The notes beneath the pieces are model-generated. The model saw nothing but the letters and a program-made list of their open reading frames with translations. It did not search any database and had not been told where the DNA came from. Made by a program: the position numbers and the translations under genes. A DNA stretch of 64,000 nt from Mobula hypostoma (taxonomy: Eukaryota): assembly GCF_963921235.1 (NCBI RefSeq), contig NC_086108.1, positions 77,130,001 through 77,194,000 of the forward strand, written 5' to 3'. Of the stretch, positions 63,300 through 64,000 are shown piece after piece (position 1 is the first letter of the stretch; every line of letters starts with the position of its first letter).

Positions 63300-63750
63300 T
63301 TACAACATAATTCACACCTATTGCCTCAAAGCTCCAACGACCTCGGTTGAACCGTTACTGTCTATGTTAAGTTTTCATGTTTTCCCTGTGACAACGTTGG
63401 CTTTCCAAGCATGCTCTTGCATTTCCTCAGGTGCTCAGGTTTCCTCATACATCCCAAAGATCTACATATTGATAGGCTAACTGGCAAAACTCTAAATGCA
63501 GGGACTCTAGTGCAGGGGTTCCCAACCTTTTTTATGCCATGGACCCCTACCATTAACTGAGGGGTTTGTGGATGCCAGGTTGGGAACCTGTGACTGTGAG
63601 CAGTTGAATGGGAGAATGTGGGGGGAGTTGATGGGGATATGGGGAGAATAACATGCAACATTGTAGGATTAGTTAAATGAATGGTTGATGGTTATTGTGG
63701 ATTTGCTGAGCTAAAAGTCCTGTTTCTGTGCTGTATGATTCTATGATGCT
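63300..63750 (+). mobile_element. V-SINE (HE1-like) with CR1-type tail, interrupted by an 80-bp hAT MITE
   Basis: GGTGCTCAGGTTTCCTCATACATCCCAAAGA V-domain; MITE at 63513-63592 with CAGGGGTTCCCAACC / GGTTGGGAACCTGTG ends. Confidence 0.7.
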
Positions 63751-64000
63751 AAAAACAATTTCCTTTTATAAGGCATCCTTAATGACTTGGAACCAATCAT
63801 AGAGTTTCGTGCATTACTGCAGATGAGCAAAATCTTCAAAGAAGCATATGCTAGGGCTCACAAAAAATGCTAACCCTGAATTGCCAAATGATTAATTCTC
63901 CTTTGCTTGAGACATTTTATAGCCAAAAGGAAACAGGAACCAACAATGAATTCTGTGTTTATCCTGTTCCTGCTGCATTTCACTCCTATACTTGTAGGTC

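Overview
This is repeat-dense vertebrate non-coding DNA (intronic or intergenic). The repeat complement points to a cartilaginous fish (shark or ray); this is inferred from repeat content only. I found no recognisable host protein-coding exon, rRNA, true tRNA gene or CRISPR array. Nearly every recognisable ORF in the track is a fragment of a decayed transposable element: CR1 and Rex1/Babar LINEs, RTE-clade pieces, Penelope-like GIY-YIG elements whose terminal repeats carry minimal hammerhead ribozyme motifs, internally deleted Tc1 elements, a Buster/Charlie hAT element nested in a Tc1, a probable Sola2 DNA transposon, solo LTRs, a Gypsy integrase relic and several SINEs. Four things stand out. 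(1) A 5'-truncated HERO-like restriction-like-endonuclease (RLE) retrotransposon is flanked by a 176-bp direct duplication, an apparent giant target-site duplication (TSD). (2) Several 100-250 bp insertions consist only of Penelope terminal-repeat sequence, are often fold-backs, and have 11-15 bp TSDs. (3) A Sola2-like element has a 4-bp TSD and a transposase N-terminal relic. (4) A perfect 105-bp local copy looks like a templated insertion. Family assignments come from motif recognition by eye, not database searches. Boundaries are approximate unless a TSD or TIR is cited.
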